Positions 21,650-34,474 are shown, counted from the stretch's first letter. The stretch: DNA of 64,000 nucleotides from Dermabacter sp. (GCA_030538475.1 JAUNTX010000009.1:9618-73617); one strand, 5' to 3'. Numbers and translations: made by a program. The notes: generated by a model not told the origin, from the letters alone.

Positions 21650-23245
21650 ATGCACAGTTCCGGTGCCATCGATCAATTCCTCGACACCTACTTCGCTCCG
21701 ATCGCCGATGCCCTGTCAGCGATCGTTTTCTATGCGCCCACCATCGCGGGCGTCGAAGTCCCCCTCATCGTGCTGTGGCTCATGATCGCCGCCGCCTTCC
21801 TTACCGTGTGGCTGCGCTTCCAGCCCATCACGGGACTTCGGCACTCGATTGACGTGATCCGCGGGCGCTTCACGCGCAAGACCGATCCGGGTGAGGTGAG
21901 CTCCTTCCAGGCGCTCGCCACGGAACTCTCCGGAACCGTCGGCCTCGGCAACATTGCGGGTGTGGCGGTCGCCATCTCCATCGGCGGCCCCGGCGCGGCG
22001 CTCTGGATCGTGATCTTCGGCTTCCTCGCCATGAGCGTGAAGATGGCCGAGGCGACCCTCGGCGTCAAGTACCGCGAGATCGACGCCGAGGGGCACACCC
22101 ACGGCGGTCCCATGTACTACCTCAAGCACGGCCTCGCAGAAATCGGCTGGAAGAAGACCGGCGCGGTCCTCGCGACCTGCTACGCCGCCTTTGCCCTCAT
22201 CGGCGTGTTCGGCGCGGGCAACCTCTTCCAGGCCAACCAGAGCGCCGTCATCCTCGGCGATCAGCTCGGCATCCAGTTCCTGCAGGACAACCGCTGGTTC
22301 GTGGGCCTCATCATGGCCACGCTCGCCGGCCTCGTCATCATCGGCGGCATTCGCTCGATTGGCCGCTGGACCGCGAAGATCACGCCGCTCATGGCCATCG
22401 TCTACTTCATCAGCGTCGTCATCATCCTCGGCGCGAACATCACGGCCGTGCCGGAAGCGGCGTGGCTCATCGTCTCGAGCGCCTTCAACCCCGAGGGCGT
22501 CGCCGGCGGCATCGTGGGCGTGGCCGTCGCGGGCATTCAGCGCGCGCTGTTCTCGAACGCGGCTGGCGTGGGTTCGGCGGGCATGGCCCATTCGGCCTCG
22601 AAGACCAAGGATCCGGCGACCGAGGGCTTCACCGCGATGTGGGAGCCGCTCGTGGACTCGGTGATCGTGTGTACGCTCACCGCGCTCGCCATCACCGTGA
22701 CCGGCGTGTACCGCACCGGTGAAACGGACGGCATCGCCATGACGTCGGCCGCGTTCGGCACCGTCTCCGCGTGGTTCCCGTACGTCCTCATGGTGGCCGT
22801 CGCGCTGTTCGCGTTCTCCACGGTGCTGAGCTACTACTACTACGGCCAGCTGGCGGCGGAGTATCTGTTCGGCACCTCGCCCATCGTGGTGCGCGGCTTC
22901 CAGATCGTGTGGATCCTCGCCGTGATCCTCGGTTCGGCCGTCTCGCTCGATTCGGTGATCGCGTTCTCCGACTCGATGTTCTTCCTCATGACCATCCCGA
23001 ACCTGCTGGGCATCTACTTCCTCGCGAAGATCGTCCGCTACGAGATCCTTCGCCACAAGGTGAAGGTCGAGACTGGCGCGATTGCGATCGTGGCTCCCGA
23101 GCTGGCCGTGGGCATGGGCGATCACGACCCGACCCCGGAGCAGGTGGAGACCGCCGCGCGCGAAGAGGCGGAGCTTCAGGCCCACGACGCGGCCGTCAAG
23201 GCTCGCCTGGATGCCGATCCGAACTACCCGTATCGCGAAGGCTAG
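21650..23245 (+). CDS. Sodium:alanine (alanine/glycine:cation) symporter, AGCS family
   Basis: FQALATELSGTVGLGNIAGVAVAISIGGPGA is the AGCS signature; multi-pass membrane protein. Confidence 0.85.
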   Translation: MHSSGAIDQFLDTYFAPIADALSAIVFYAPTIAGVEVPLIVLWLMIAAAFLTVWLRFQPITGLRHSIDVIRGRFTRKTDPGEVSSFQALATELSGTVGLGNIAGVAVAISIGGPGAALWIVIFGFLAMSVKMAEATLGVKYREIDAEGHTHGGPMYYLKHGLAEIGWKKTGAVLATCYAAFALIGVFGAGNLFQANQSAVILGDQLGIQFLQDNRWFVGLIMATLAGLVIIGGIRSIGRWTAKITPLMAIVYFISVVIILGANITAVPEAAWLIVSSAFNPEGVAGGIVGVAVAGIQRALFSNAAGVGSAGMAHSASKTKDPATEGFTAMWEPLVDSVIVCTLTALAITVTGVYRTGETDGIAMTSAAFGTVSAWFPYVLMVAVALFAFSTVLSYYYYGQLAAEYLFGTSPIVVRGFQIVWILAVILGSAVSLDSVIAFSDSMFFLMTIPNLLGIYFLAKIVRYEILRHKVKVETGAIAIVAPELAVGMGDHDPTPEQVETAAREEAELQAHDAAVKARLDADPNYPYREG

Positions 23246-23286
23246 ATCCTCGACGTTCGGAGCGCCCGTGAGGGCATCTCTCCCGC

Positions 23287-23319
23287 GAGACCCCCGTCCA
23301 GCATCCGGACGGGGGTCTC
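23287..23319 (+). terminator. Intrinsic terminator-like hairpin downstream of the AGCS symporter
   Basis: Perfect 13-bp stem GAGACCCCCGTCC / GGACGGGGGTCTC with a 7-nt loop. Confidence 0.55.
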
Positions 23320-23344
23320 GCCATTCGGGGCGTAGAATCGCTCC

Positions 23345-25177
23345 ATGCCTCAACTTCGTTCACGCACCTCCACGCACGGCCGCAACATGGCGGGCGCGCG
23401 CGCCCTCTGGCGCGCCACCGGCATGACCACCAAGGACTTCGGCAAGCCCATCATCGCGATCGCCAACTCCTACACGCAGTTCGTGCCCGGTCACGTGCAC
23501 CTCAAGAACGTGGGCGACATCGTGGCGAGCTCGATCCGCGAGGCGGGCGCGAACGCCAAGGAGTTCAACACGATTGCGGTGGACGACGGCATTGCCATGG
23601 GCCACCAGGGGATGCTCTACTCGCTACCGAGCCGCGATGTCATCGCCGACAGCGTGGAATACATGGTCAACGCCCACTGCGCCGATGCGCTCGTGTGCAT
23701 CTCCAATTGCGACAAGATCACCCCGGGGATGCTCATGGCGGCGATGCGCCTCAACATCCCGGTGGTCTTCGTCTCCGGCGGCCCGATGGAGGCCGGCAAG
23801 CCGGTCGAGGGGGTTGTGGACCACAAACTCGACCTCGTGGACGCGATCAGCCTCGCGGTGGATGAGCGCGTGAGCGACGATCAGCTGGCCCAGATCGAAG
23901 ACAATGCGTGCCCCACGTGCGGATCCTGCTCCGGCATGTTCACCGCCAACTCGATGAACTGCCTCACCGAGGCCCTCGGCCTCTCCCTGCCCGGCAACGG
24001 CACGACGCTCGCCACCCACGAGTTCCGCCGGGACCTCTTCGTGCAGGCGGGGGCGCGGATCGTCGAGCTCTGCGAGCGCTACTACGGCAACGATGATGAG
24101 TCCGTGCTGCCGCGCAACGTGGCCACGAAGGCCGCGTTCGGCAACGCGATGGCGCTCGACGTGGCCATGGGCGGCTCGACCAACACGGTCCTGCACATCC
24201 TGGCCGCGGCCATCGAGGGGCAGATCGACTTCACTCTGGAGGACATCGACCGCATCTCCCGCGTGGTGCCCTGCCTGTCCAAGGTGGCCCCGAACGGCTT
24301 CGCCCATGTCGAGGACGTGCACCGCGCGGGAGGCATCCCCGCGATCCTCGGCGAGCTGGACCGCGCCGGGCTCCTCGATCACTCGGTGCACTCCATTCAC
24401 TCCGTGGACCTCTCCACGTGGCTGCGGCAGTGGGACATTCGCGGGCCGGAGCCGAGCCCCGAGGCGCTCCGATTGTTCAGCGCCGCCCCCGGCGGGGTGC
24501 GCACCACCGTGGCCTTCAGCCAGGACATGCGGTGGGAAAGCCTCGATACGGACGCCGAAGAAGGGGTGATTCGCGCGGTCTCCCACGCCCACACGAAGGA
24601 TGGCGGGCTCAACGTGCTCGTGGGCAACCTCGCGACCGACGGCGCGATCATCAAGAGCGCGGGCATCGACGAAGACCTCTTCCACTTCGAGGGCACCGCC
24701 GTGGTGTGCGAATCGCAAGAGGAAGCCGTCCAGAAGATCCTCGACAAGACCGTCAAGGAGGGCGACATCGTCGTCATCCAGTTCGAGGGCCCCCAGGGCG
24801 GCCCCGGCATGCAGGAAATGCTCTACCCCACCTCGTTCCTCAAGGGGCGCGGCCTTGGCAAGTCCTGCGCCCTCATCACCGACGGGCGGTTCTCGGGGGG
24901 TACCTCCGGCGTTTCTATCGGCCACATCTCTCCCGAAGCTGCCGAAGGTGGCGTCATCGGCCTCGTGGAAGACGGCGACCACATCGTCATCGACGTGCAC
25001 AAGCGCGAACTCACCCTCGACGTGAGCGACGCTGAACTCGAGCGCCGCCGCGAGGCCCGCGGGCCCCTGCCGTGGAAGCCGAAGCGCCGCACGAGGGAGG
25101 TCTCCCAGGCCCTCAAGGTGTACGCGCACCTCGTGCGCTCTGCAACCTACGGCGCGACCCGTCGGCCCCTCGACTAA
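23345..25177 (+). CDS. ilvD: Dihydroxy-acid dehydratase
   Basis: [53 protein letters not shown]. Confidence 0.93.
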   Translation: MPQLRSRTSTHGRNMAGARALWRATGMTTKDFGKPIIAIANSYTQFVPGHVHLKNVGDIVASSIREAGANAKEFNTIAVDDGIAMGHQGMLYSLPSRDVIADSVEYMVNAHCADALVCISNCDKITPGMLMAAMRLNIPVVFVSGGPMEAGKPVEGVVDHKLDLVDAISLAVDERVSDDQLAQIEDNACPTCGSCSGMFTANSMNCLTEALGLSLPGNGTTLATHEFRRDLFVQAGARIVELCERYYGNDDESVLPRNVATKAAFGNAMALDVAMGGSTNTVLHILAAAIEGQIDFTLEDIDRISRVVPCLSKVAPNGFAHVEDVHRAGGIPAILGELDRAGLLDHSVHSIHSVDLSTWLRQWDIRGPEPSPEALRLFSAAPGGVRTTVAFSQDMRWESLDTDAEEGVIRAVSHAHTKDGGLNVLVGNLATDGAIIKSAGIDEDLFHFEGTAVVCESQEEAVQKILDKTVKEGDIVVIQFEGPQGGPGMQEMLYPTSFLKGRGLGKSCALITDGRFSGGTSGVSIGHISPEAAEGGVIGLVEDGDHIVIDVHKRELTLDVSDAELERRREARGPLPWKPKRRTREVSQALKVYAHLVRSATYGATRRPLD

Positions 25178-25255
25178 TACCCGAGCCCGCCACCCCCGGG
25201 GTCCAGATGGTGGACGTCGGGGGTGAGGGGTGGGGCCTCGTGTAGGCTGGCGGCC

Positions 25256-25297
25256 ATGCAGAGCAACCTTCTCGTCGTTATTACCGTGCGCGGCTGA
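25256..25297 (+). CDS. ilvBNC leader peptide ([13 protein letters not shown])
   Basis: A 13-codon ORF rich in Leu/Val/Ile (LLVVITV), followed by a strong terminator and then ilvB. Matches the actinobacterial ilvB attenuator architecture. Confidence 0.6.
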   Translation: MQSNLLVVITVRG

Positions 25298-25325
25298 CGC
25301 CCACGCTACGAGACGTCGCCGCGCA

Positions 25326-25365
25326 CCCCTCGAAACTCCCCTGGTGGGTCGAGGGGTTTTTTATT
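25326..25365 (+). terminator. Attenuator/intrinsic terminator between the leader peptide and ilvB
   Basis: Stem CCCCTCG…CGAGGGG followed by TTTTTTATT, about 20 nt upstream of the ilvB RBS GGAGGG. Confidence 0.7.
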
Positions 25366-25386
25366 GGACCGAATGTAGGAGGGCCG

Positions 25387-27147
25387 ATGGCTGAGCAGGT
25401 CACCGGAGCCGAGTCACTGATCCTGTCCCTCGAAGCCGCGGGAGCCGAGGTCGTCTTCGGGCTTCCCGGCGGGGCGATCCTGCCCACGTACGATCCGCTC
25501 CTGGATGCGGAGAAGCTGCGCCACATTCTGGTGCGCCACGAGCAGGGGGCGGGCCACGCGGCGAGCGGCTACGCGCACGCGACCGGCAGGGTCGGGGTGT
25601 GCCTCGCGACCTCCGGTCCGGGCGCGACGAACCTCATCACGGCGATTGCGGATGCGCAGATGGATTCGATTCCGATGGTGGCGATCACCGGACAGGTGGG
25701 ATCGAGCTTCATCGGGACCGACGCGTTCCAGGAGGCCGACATCGTGGGCATGACCATGCCCGTGACCAAGCACAACATCCTCGTCAAGGACGCGGCCGAT
25801 ATTCCGCTCGCGATCAAGCAGGCCTTCCACATCGCCTCGACGGGGCGCCCCGGCGTGGTGCTCGTGGATGTCACGAAGGACGCCCAGCAGGCCACGACCA
25901 CGTTCGAGTGGCCCGAGGATCTGGACCTGCCCGGCTACCGGCTCGTCGGCCGCCCGCACGGCAAGCAGGTGCGCGAAGCGGTTGAGCTGCTGCTCACGGC
26001 GAAGCGTCCCGTGTTCCTGCTGGGCGGCGGCGTGCTGCGCGGTCGGGCCTCCGAGGAAGTGCGCGCGCTCGTGGAAGCCTCCGGCGCCCCGTTCGTGACG
26101 ACCCTCATGGGCCGCGGCGGACTCCCGGATTCCCACCCGCAGCACCTCGGAATGCCGGGGATGCACGGCAACGTGTCCGCGGTGGCCTCGCTCCAGCGCT
26201 CCGACCTCATCATCGCCATCGGTGCCCGCTTCGATGACCGCGTGACCGGGCGCCTGGACTCCTTTGCCCCGGGCGCGGCCGTGGTCCACGTCGATATCGA
26301 CCCGGCCGAGATCTCGAAGAACCGCCTGGCCGACGTGCCGATCGTGGGGGAGGCCCGCGACGTGGCCACCGCGCTGCGCGAAGAGCTCGAGGACCGGCTG
26401 CACGAGGCCGACGAGGACCCGCGCGACTACTCCGCGTGGTGGCAGATCATGGGCGGGCTGCGCGAGAACTACCCGCTCGGGTGGACGGAAACCGCCGATG
26501 GCTACACGGCGCCGCAGAAGGTCATCTCGCGCATCAGCGAGATCAGCGGCCCCGAGTCGATCTTCGTCTCCGGCGTGGGCCAGCACCAGATGTGGTCGAG
26601 CCAGTTCATCGATTTCGAGGAGCCGTTCTCGTGGATCAACTCGGGTGGGCTCGGCACGATGGGGTACGCGGTCCCGGCCGCGATGGGCGCCAAGGTGGGC
26701 CGCCCCGACCGCGTGGTGTGGGCGATTGACGGCGACGGCTGTTTCCAGATGACCAATCAGGAACTGGCCACGTGCGTCATCAACGACATCCCGATCAAGG
26801 TCGCCGTCATCAACAACAGCTCGCTCGGCATGGTGCGCCAGTGGCAGAACCTGTTCTACAACCAGCGCTTCAGCAACACCGACCTCAACACGGGGCACGG
26901 GACCAGGCGCGTGCCGGACTTCGTGAAGCTGGCCGACGCCTACGGGGCCGTGGGTCTTCGGTGCGAGCGGGACGAGGACATCGATGCCACGATCCGGCAG
27001 GCGATGGAGATTAATGATCGGCCCGTGGTCGTGGACTTCCAGGTCAGTGCCGATGCGATGGTGTGGCCGATGGTGCCCGCGGGCGTGTCGAACGACGAGA
27101 TCCAGATTGCTAAGGGCATGACCCCCGAGTGGGAGAGGGAGATCTGA
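25387..27147 (+). CDS. ilvB: Acetolactate synthase large subunit
   Basis: TPP-enzyme motifs [17 protein letters not shown] and DGDGCFQM. Confidence 0.93.
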   Translation: MAEQVTGAESLILSLEAAGAEVVFGLPGGAILPTYDPLLDAEKLRHILVRHEQGAGHAASGYAHATGRVGVCLATSGPGATNLITAIADAQMDSIPMVAITGQVGSSFIGTDAFQEADIVGMTMPVTKHNILVKDAADIPLAIKQAFHIASTGRPGVVLVDVTKDAQQATTTFEWPEDLDLPGYRLVGRPHGKQVREAVELLLTAKRPVFLLGGGVLRGRASEEVRALVEASGAPFVTTLMGRGGLPDSHPQHLGMPGMHGNVSAVASLQRSDLIIAIGARFDDRVTGRLDSFAPGAAVVHVDIDPAEISKNRLADVPIVGEARDVATALREELEDRLHEADEDPRDYSAWWQIMGGLRENYPLGWTETADGYTAPQKVISRISEISGPESIFVSGVGQHQMWSSQFIDFEEPFSWINSGGLGTMGYAVPAAMGAKVGRPDRVVWAIDGDGCFQMTNQELATCVINDIPIKVAVINNSSLGMVRQWQNLFYNQRFSNTDLNTGHGTRRVPDFVKLADAYGAVGLRCERDEDIDATIRQAMEINDRPVVVDFQVSADAMVWPMVPAGVSNDEIQIAKGMTPEWEREI

Positions 27148-27150
27148 GCC

Positions 27151-27681
27151 ATGGATTTTTCGCGGAACCCCGAAAATTCGCACACCCTGTCCGTGCTCGT
27201 GCAGGACCGCCCCGGCGTCCTTACTCGCGTCTCGGCGCTGTTTGCGCGGCGCGGCTACAACATCGTCTCGCTCGCGGTGGGCCCGACGGAGCACCCGGAG
27301 ATCTCGCGCATCACGGTCGTGGTCGATGTGGATCAGGTGTCGCTCGAACAGATCACGAAGCAGCTGAACAAGCTGGTCAACGTGCTGAAGATCGTGCAGT
27401 TGGAGCCCCGCCAGGCGGTCGAGCGTGAACTCATCCTCATCAAGGTGAAGGCCAACAACCAGACCCGCACCTCGGTGCTCGAGATCGTGCAGATGTTCCG
27501 CGCCAAGGTCGTGGATGCGGCGGCGGACTCGGTGACCATCGAGGCCACGGGAACCTCCGACAAGCTCGCGGCCCTGCTGCAGATGCTCGAGCAGTTCAGC
27601 GTCAAGGAGATCGTGAAGTCGGGCGCCGTGGCCATCGGGCGCGGCCCGCGCTCGATCACCGATCGCACCTTCCTCGCCTAA
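27151..27681 (+). CDS. ilvN: Acetolactate synthase small (regulatory) subunit
   Basis: ACT domain HTLSVLVQDRPGVLTRVSALFARRGYNI. Confidence 0.9.
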   Translation: MDFSRNPENSHTLSVLVQDRPGVLTRVSALFARRGYNIVSLAVGPTEHPEISRITVVVDVDQVSLEQITKQLNKLVNVLKIVQLEPRQAVERELILIKVKANNQTRTSVLEIVQMFRAKVVDAAADSVTIEATGTSDKLAALLQMLEQFSVKEIVKSGAVAIGRGPRSITDRTFLA

Positions 27682-27767
27682 ACCACCCCCAGAATTTCTC
27701 ATATTGAGACAGTCGCCCAAAACGTAAGACACGTTGGGGGTAGACTGAGGGCATCACCGACGTGTGA

Positions 27768-28832
<1,065 letters not shown>

Positions 28833-28861
28833 TCCGCTCGCGGGTCCGTCACAGCCCGGCA

Positions 28862-28909
28862 GGCAACGAGGCCGCTCACCTACCACCGTGGGTGGGCGGC
28901 CTTGTTGCC
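28862..28909 (+). terminator. Hairpin terminator downstream of ilvC
   Basis: GGCAACGAGGCCGC … GCGGCCTTGTTGCC, a 14-bp imperfect stem. Confidence 0.45.
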
Positions 28910-28967
28910 CGATGACCGCGCGCCCACGCTCGCCCCCTCGCCTCACCGCCCCTGACGAAAGACTCCC

Positions 28968-30581
28968 ATGCCTGCTGCGCACACATCCCGCGTGTTGATC
29001 GCCGAAGAACTCAGCTCCGCCACTCGCGACGCCCTCGGGGACACCGTTGACGTCCTCCACGTGGACGGGACCGATCGCGAGGCCCTCCTCGAGGCCGTGA
29101 GCAACGTGGACGCCCTGCTCGTGCGCTCCGCCACGAAGGTGGATGCCGAGGTGTATGCCGCGGCCAGCCGACTCAAGGTCGTGGCCCGCGCCGGGGTCGG
29201 GCTCGACAACGTCGATGTGGGCGCCGCGACGAACGCGGGCGTCATGGTCATCAACGCCCCCACCTCGAACATCGTCTCCGCCGCGGAACTCGCGGTCACG
29301 CTCATCCTGGCCGGGCTGCGCCGCGTCGCCGAGGCCGATCAGTCCATGAAGGCCGGGCGCTGGGACCGCCAGAAGCTCACGGGAGTGGAGCTGAGCGAGA
29401 AGACCGTCGGCATCGTGGGCTTCGGGCGAATCGGCCAGCTCGTGGCCGAACGCCTGCGCGGATTCGACGTGACGCTCCTCGCGTACGACCCCTACGTGTC
29501 CAAGGCGCGCGCCGCCGAACACGGGGCCCGCGCCGTCGAGCTCGAGGAGCTCATGCGCCTGAGCGACGTGGTGACCGTGCACATGCCGAAGACCCCGGAG
29601 ACCGTGGGGATGATCGGCAAGGACGAGTTCGAGATCGCCAAGCGCAACCTGCACATCGTCAATGCCGCTCGCGGTGGCCTCATCGATGAGAGCGCCCTGT
29701 TCGAGGCCCTCACGACCGGCCGGATCGCCTCTGCCGCGCTCGATGTTTATTCGAGCGAGCCCGCCGCTGAGTCCGAGACCGCGAAGCGGCTGCTGACGCT
29801 GCCGAACGTGACCCTCACCCCGCACCTCGGGGCCTCGACCTCCGAGGCGCAAGAGCGCGCTGGCGTCGCCGTTGCGAAGTCGGTGCGGCTCGCCCTCGAT
29901 GGCGAGCTCGTGCCCGATGCGGTCAACGTGGCCGGGGGAGCGATCGACAAGGACGTGCGCCCGGGCATCGCGCTCGCCGACCGCCTGGGCCAGATCTTCA
30001 CCGCCCTCGCCGACGCCGCGATCAGCAAGCTCGACATCATCGTCCACGGCGAACTGGCCCACAAGGACGTCAAGGGCATCGAGCTTTCCGCCCTGCGCGG
30101 CCTCTTCCGCCAGGTCGTGAGCGAGAACGTGAGCTACGTGAACGCGCCCGTCATCGCGAAGGAACGCGGCATCGCGGTGGAACTCGTGCGCGAGGAAAGT
30201 TCGTCCCGTTTCCGCAACGTGGTCGAGCTGCGCGGCGCGCTCAGCAACGGGACCGTGCTGAGCGTGAGCGGCACGCTCAGCAGCAAGAACCAGGAGCACA
30301 AGCTCGTGGGCATCAACGCGCATGAACTGGACGTGCCGTTCACCGATCACCTCCTCGTCATCAGCTACGACGACCGGCCCGGCATGGTCGGCCAGATCGG
30401 CGGGATCCTCGGCGGCGCCGGAGCGAACATCGCGGGCATGCAGGTCTCGCGCCTCGGCGATCTCGGCTCCGAAGCGATCGTGGTGCTCAACCTCGATGAC
30501 TCCGTGAGCATGGAGACCGCCGAACAGATCCGTTCCACCATCGGCGCGCGCGCCGTCACCCCCGTCACCATCACCTACTGA
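28968..30581 (+). CDS. serA: D-3-phosphoglycerate dehydrogenase
   Basis: 2-hydroxyacid dehydrogenase fold (GIVGFGRIG) plus C-terminal ACT domain. Confidence 0.9.
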   Translation: MPAAHTSRVLIAEELSSATRDALGDTVDVLHVDGTDREALLEAVSNVDALLVRSATKVDAEVYAAASRLKVVARAGVGLDNVDVGAATNAGVMVINAPTSNIVSAAELAVTLILAGLRRVAEADQSMKAGRWDRQKLTGVELSEKTVGIVGFGRIGQLVAERLRGFDVTLLAYDPYVSKARAAEHGARAVELEELMRLSDVVTVHMPKTPETVGMIGKDEFEIAKRNLHIVNAARGGLIDESALFEALTTGRIASAALDVYSSEPAAESETAKRLLTLPNVTLTPHLGASTSEAQERAGVAVAKSVRLALDGELVPDAVNVAGGAIDKDVRPGIALADRLGQIFTALADAAISKLDIIVHGELAHKDVKGIELSALRGLFRQVVSENVSYVNAPVIAKERGIAVELVREESSSRFRNVVELRGALSNGTVLSVSGTLSSKNQEHKLVGINAHELDVPFTDHLLVISYDDRPGMVGQIGGILGGAGANIAGMQVSRLGDLGSEAIVVLNLDDSVSMETAEQIRSTIGARAVTPVTITY

Positions 30582-30625
30582 GCCCCCGTCGGCCCAGCCA
30601 ACCAGCAGCAAAGGATTCCTTGCCC

Positions 30626-31678
30626 ATGAGCACCCTCAACCTGGCAGTCATTCCCGGCGACGGCATCGGCAAGGAGGTGGTGCCCGAGGGCCTCAAGGTG
30701 CTGCGCGCAGCGCTCGAGGGCACCGACATTGACCTCTCGACGACCGACTTCGACCTCGGGGCCGGGCGCTGGCACGCGACGGGGGACACCCTGACCGACG
30801 AGGACCTCGCCGCGCTCGCGACGCACGATGCGATCCTGCTCGGCGCCGTCGGCGACCCGAGCGTCCCCTCGGGCGTCCTCGAACGCGGCCTGCTGCTGCG
30901 GCTGCGCTTCGCGCTCAACCAGTACGTCAACCTCCGCCCCACGACGCTCTTTCCTTTCGTCACCTCGCCGCTTGCCGATCCGGGCGACGTGGACTTCGTG
31001 GTGGTGCGCGAGGGGACCGAGGGCGCCTACGTCGGCGCCGGTGGGGCGATGCGCGTGGGCACGAAGGATGAGGTGGCCACCGAGGTCTCGCTCAACACGG
31101 CGCTCGGCGCCGAACGCGTGGTGCGCTACGCGTTCGAGCAGGCGATGAAGCGCCGCAAGAAGCTCACGCTCGTGCACAAGCACAACGTCCTCGTGCACGC
31201 GGGCCACCTGTGGCGCCGCGTCGTGGACGAGGTGGCAGCTGAGTTCCCCGAGGTCGAGGTGGACTACGCGCACATTGACGCGATGATGATCTACCTCGTG
31301 CAGGATCCGAGCCGCTTCGACGTGATCGTCACCGACAACCTGTTCGGCGACATCATTACCGACCTCGCGGGCGCGATCAGCGGCGGGATCGGCCTCGCCG
31401 CCTCCGGCAACCTCAACCCGTCCGGCGAGTTCCCCTCGATGTTCGAGCCCGTGCACGGCAGCGCCCCCGATATCGCAGGGGAGAACATCGCGAACCCCAC
31501 CGCCACGATCCTGTCGGTGGCCCTCCTGCTCGAATCGATCGGCGAAGAGGCCGCGGCGGCGCGCGTGCGCGACGCGGTGATGGCCGATCTGAGCGCGAAC
31601 TCCGGCGCGCAGCGCTCCACCACCGAGGTTGGGGACGCCCTGGCCGAGGCGGTACGTCAGTCCTCGCCCGCGCGCTGA
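30626..31678 (+). CDS. leuB: 3-isopropylmalate dehydrogenase
   Basis: [14 protein letters not shown]…, [10 protein letters not shown]. Confidence 0.9.
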   Translation: MSTLNLAVIPGDGIGKEVVPEGLKVLRAALEGTDIDLSTTDFDLGAGRWHATGDTLTDEDLAALATHDAILLGAVGDPSVPSGVLERGLLLRLRFALNQYVNLRPTTLFPFVTSPLADPGDVDFVVVREGTEGAYVGAGGAMRVGTKDEVATEVSLNTALGAERVVRYAFEQAMKRRKKLTLVHKHNVLVHAGHLWRRVVDEVAAEFPEVEVDYAHIDAMMIYLVQDPSRFDVIVTDNLFGDIITDLAGAISGGIGLAASGNLNPSGEFPSMFEPVHGSAPDIAGENIANPTATILSVALLLESIGEEAAAARVRDAVMADLSANSGAQRSTTEVGDALAEAVRQSSPAR

Positions 31679-31698
31679 ACCCGACTATTCTGAGGAGC

Positions 31699-32805
31699 AT
31701 GACGATGACATCCGCCCCCACGCCCGCCAGTTACGCCGCACCGAGTGCCGAGCGCCGATTCAGCGACGCCGAGCGCGCCGCGGTGCTCGCGAACCCGGGC
31801 TTCGGCGATCACTTCACCGACTACATGGCGCATCAGCGCTGGACCAATGCCGACGGCTGGAGCGCTGGCGAAGTACTTCCCTACGGCCCCCTCCAGCTCG
31901 AGCCCGCGGCCGCCGTGTTCCACTACGCGCAGGAAGTCTTCGAGGGACTCAAGGCGTTTCGTCACGCCGACGGCAGCGTCTGGACGTTCCGGCCGCAGAA
32001 GAACGCCGAACGCATGCGCGCCTCCGCTCGCAGGCTCGCCCTGCCGGAGCTGAGCGACGAGGCGTTCCTCGACTCGCTCGCGGCCGTGGTCCAGGCCGAC
32101 GAGCCGTGGGTGCCGGAAGGCGGCGAATCCAGCCTCTACCTGCGCCCCTTCATGTTCGCCTCCGAGAATTTCCTCGGCGTACGCGCGGCCCACCAGGTCG
32201 ATTACTTCGTCATCGCCTCGCCCGCGGGCAACTACTTCCCGCGCGGCGTCCAGCCGCTCGTGGTGTGGGTGTCCCCGCTCGCGGCGCGCGCCGGACGCGG
32301 AGGCACGGGCGCCGCGAAGTGCGGTGGCAACTACGCGAGCTCGCTCGAAGGCAAGCGCCAGGCGGGAGCGGCCGGAGCCGACGAGGTCATGTTCCTCGAT
32401 TCCGAGACCCACACGAACATCGACGAGCTGTCTGGCATGAACGTCTTCGTCCTGTACCGCGACGGCCGGCTCGTGACGCCGAAGCTCACCGGCTCGATCC
32501 TGCCGGGCGTGACCCGCGATTCGATCATGCGGCTGGCCGCCGACCGCGGGCTCAAAGCGTCGGAGGATTCGGTTAACCTCGAGGCGCTGCTGGCCGATAT
32601 CGCCTCGGGCGAGGTAACGGAAATGTTCGCGTGCGGGACCGCCGCCGTCATCAACCCGATTGGTGAACTGCGCACCGAGGACGGCACGTGGAGCATCGGC
32701 GATGGCGGCTCCGGCGCCACTACGATGAGCCTGCGCTCGGAACTGACCGATATCCAGTACGGCCGCACCGACGACCGCCACGGTTGGCTCTACCGACTGG
32801 CCTGA
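31699..32805 (+). CDS. ilvE: Branched-chain amino acid aminotransferase
   Basis: FGDHFTDYM…FHYAQEVFEGLKAF…, class IV aminotransferase fold. Confidence 0.9.
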   Translation: MTMTSAPTPASYAAPSAERRFSDAERAAVLANPGFGDHFTDYMAHQRWTNADGWSAGEVLPYGPLQLEPAAAVFHYAQEVFEGLKAFRHADGSVWTFRPQKNAERMRASARRLALPELSDEAFLDSLAAVVQADEPWVPEGGESSLYLRPFMFASENFLGVRAAHQVDYFVIASPAGNYFPRGVQPLVVWVSPLAARAGRGGTGAAKCGGNYASSLEGKRQAGAAGADEVMFLDSETHTNIDELSGMNVFVLYRDGRLVTPKLTGSILPGVTRDSIMRLAADRGLKASEDSVNLEALLADIASGEVTEMFACGTAAVINPIGELRTEDGTWSIGDGGSGATTMSLRSELTDIQYGRTDDRHGWLYRLA

Positions 32806-32815
32806 TACTGTGTCG

Positions 32816-32855
32816 CCAGCGGCCGGGGGTCACGACTCCCGGCCGCTGGTGTATC
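32816..32855 (+). terminator. Hairpin terminator downstream of ilvE
   Basis: Perfect 12-bp stem CCAGCGGCCGGG / CCCGGCCGCTGG. Confidence 0.5.
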
Positions 32856-32887
32856 CACCCCCACCTCTGCCGCATCGAAGGTCCACG

Positions 32888-34474
32888 ATGACGTTTCACA
32901 TGTACGACACCACGCTGCGCGACGGCTCCCAGCAGGAGGGCCTCACCCTCAGCGTCGATGACAAACTGCAGGTTGCCCGCCTCCTCGACAGCCTGGGCGT
33001 GACCTACATCGAGGGTGGCTGGCCCGGCGCGATCCCGAGGGATACCGAGTTCTTTCGCCGGGCACGCGAAGAGCTGAGCCTCGACGGCGCTCGCCTCGCC
33101 GCCTTCGGCGCGACCCGCAAGGCCGGGGTGGCCGTGGACGAGGATCCGCAGCTGCAGGCCCTCGTGGACTCCGAAGCGCCGACCGTCACCCTCGTGGCGA
33201 AGTCCGATCTGCGCCACGTGGAGGCCGCGCTGCGCACCACGGGCGAAGAAAACCTCCTCATGGTGAGCGAGAGCGTCCAGTTCCTCCTCGAACACGACCG
33301 TGAGGTGTTCGTCGATGCCGAGCACTTCTTCGACGCGTTCCTCGACAATCCCGGCTATGCCACGAGCGTGGTCGTCGAGGCGTTCTCCGCGGGCGCGAGC
33401 GTCGTGGTGCTGTGCGACACGAACGGCGGGATGCTTCCCCACCAGATCGAAGCCATCATCGCCGAGTTGGGGGATCGCCTCGCGATGGCCGGGGTTGAGG
33501 AGCCGCAGCTCGGGGTGCACATGCACAACGATTCGGGCTGCGCGATTGCCAATTCCCTCACGGGCGTGCGCTCGGGCGCCATGCACGTCCAGGGCTGCAT
33601 CAACGGCTACGGCGAACGCACCGGCAACGCCGATCTGATCCCCGTGATCGCCAACCTGCAACTGAAGCTCGGCTACGATCTGCTCGCTCCCGAACAGCTC
33701 GCGGAATCCACGCGCATCGCCCACGCCATCGGCGAGATCGTCAACATGCCCACGCAGCCGCGCGCCCCCTACGTGGGCCAGAGCGCCTTCGCCCACAAGG
33801 CGGGGCTGCACGCGAGCGCGATCCGGGTGGATCCGAACCTGTACCAGCACATGGATCCCCGCGAGATCGGCAACGACATGCGGATGATCATTTCGGACAT
33901 GGCCGGCCGCGCCTCGATTGAACTCAAGGGCCGCGAACTGGGCATCGACCTCTCCGGCAAGGACGGCCTGCTCAGCCAGCTCGCCACCACCGTCAAGGGC
34001 CGTGAGGCCGAGGGGTACAGCTACGAGGCCGCCGACGCCTCCTTCGAGATGCTCGTGCTCGACGAGCTTCACGAACTGCCCACCTACGTCGAGGTGCAGT
34101 CCTGGCGGGCCTCGACCCACCAGCTGCGCGACGGCTCCCTCGAATCCGAGGCCACGGTGCGACTCGTCACCCCCGACGGCTCCCGCCGGGTCACCATCGC
34201 GGAAGGCAACGGCCCCGTCAACGCGCTCGACCGCGCGCTGCGCGACGCCCTCAAGGAAACCTACCCGCAGGTCGCGGACTTCGAGCTGCTCGACTTCAAG
34301 GTGCGCATCCTCGACGCGCAGCACGGCACCGACGCGACCACGCGCGTGCTCGTGCACACGCAGATCCCCGGGATGCGTTTTTCCACCGTCGGCGTGGGCC
34401 CGAACGTTATCGAAGCTTCGTGGGAGGCCCTGTTCGACGCCTACTGGTACGGGCTCTACAAGCTGAGGGCCTGA
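32888..34474 (+). CDS. 2-isopropylmalate synthase/citramalate synthase family protein (LeuA type 2 / CimA-like)
   Basis: MTFHMYDTTLRDGSQQEGLTLSVDDKLQVARLLDSLGVTYIEGGWPGA…HMHNDSGCA is the DRE-TIM metallolyase fold of CimA/LeuA2; a LeuA-dimer-like regulatory C-terminus is present. Confidence 0.8.
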   Translation: MTFHMYDTTLRDGSQQEGLTLSVDDKLQVARLLDSLGVTYIEGGWPGAIPRDTEFFRRAREELSLDGARLAAFGATRKAGVAVDEDPQLQALVDSEAPTVTLVAKSDLRHVEAALRTTGEENLLMVSESVQFLLEHDREVFVDAEHFFDAFLDNPGYATSVVVEAFSAGASVVVLCDTNGGMLPHQIEAIIAELGDRLAMAGVEEPQLGVHMHNDSGCAIANSLTGVRSGAMHVQGCINGYGERTGNADLIPVIANLQLKLGYDLLAPEQLAESTRIAHAIGEIVNMPTQPRAPYVGQSAFAHKAGLHASAIRVDPNLYQHMDPREIGNDMRMIISDMAGRASIELKGRELGIDLSGKDGLLSQLATTVKGREAEGYSYEAADASFEMLVLDELHELPTYVEVQSWRASTHQLRDGSLESEATVRLVTPDGSRRVTIAEGNGPVNALDRALRDALKETYPQVADFELLDFKVRILDAQHGTDATTRVLVHTQIPGMRFSTVGVGPNVIEASWEALFDAYWYGLYKLRA

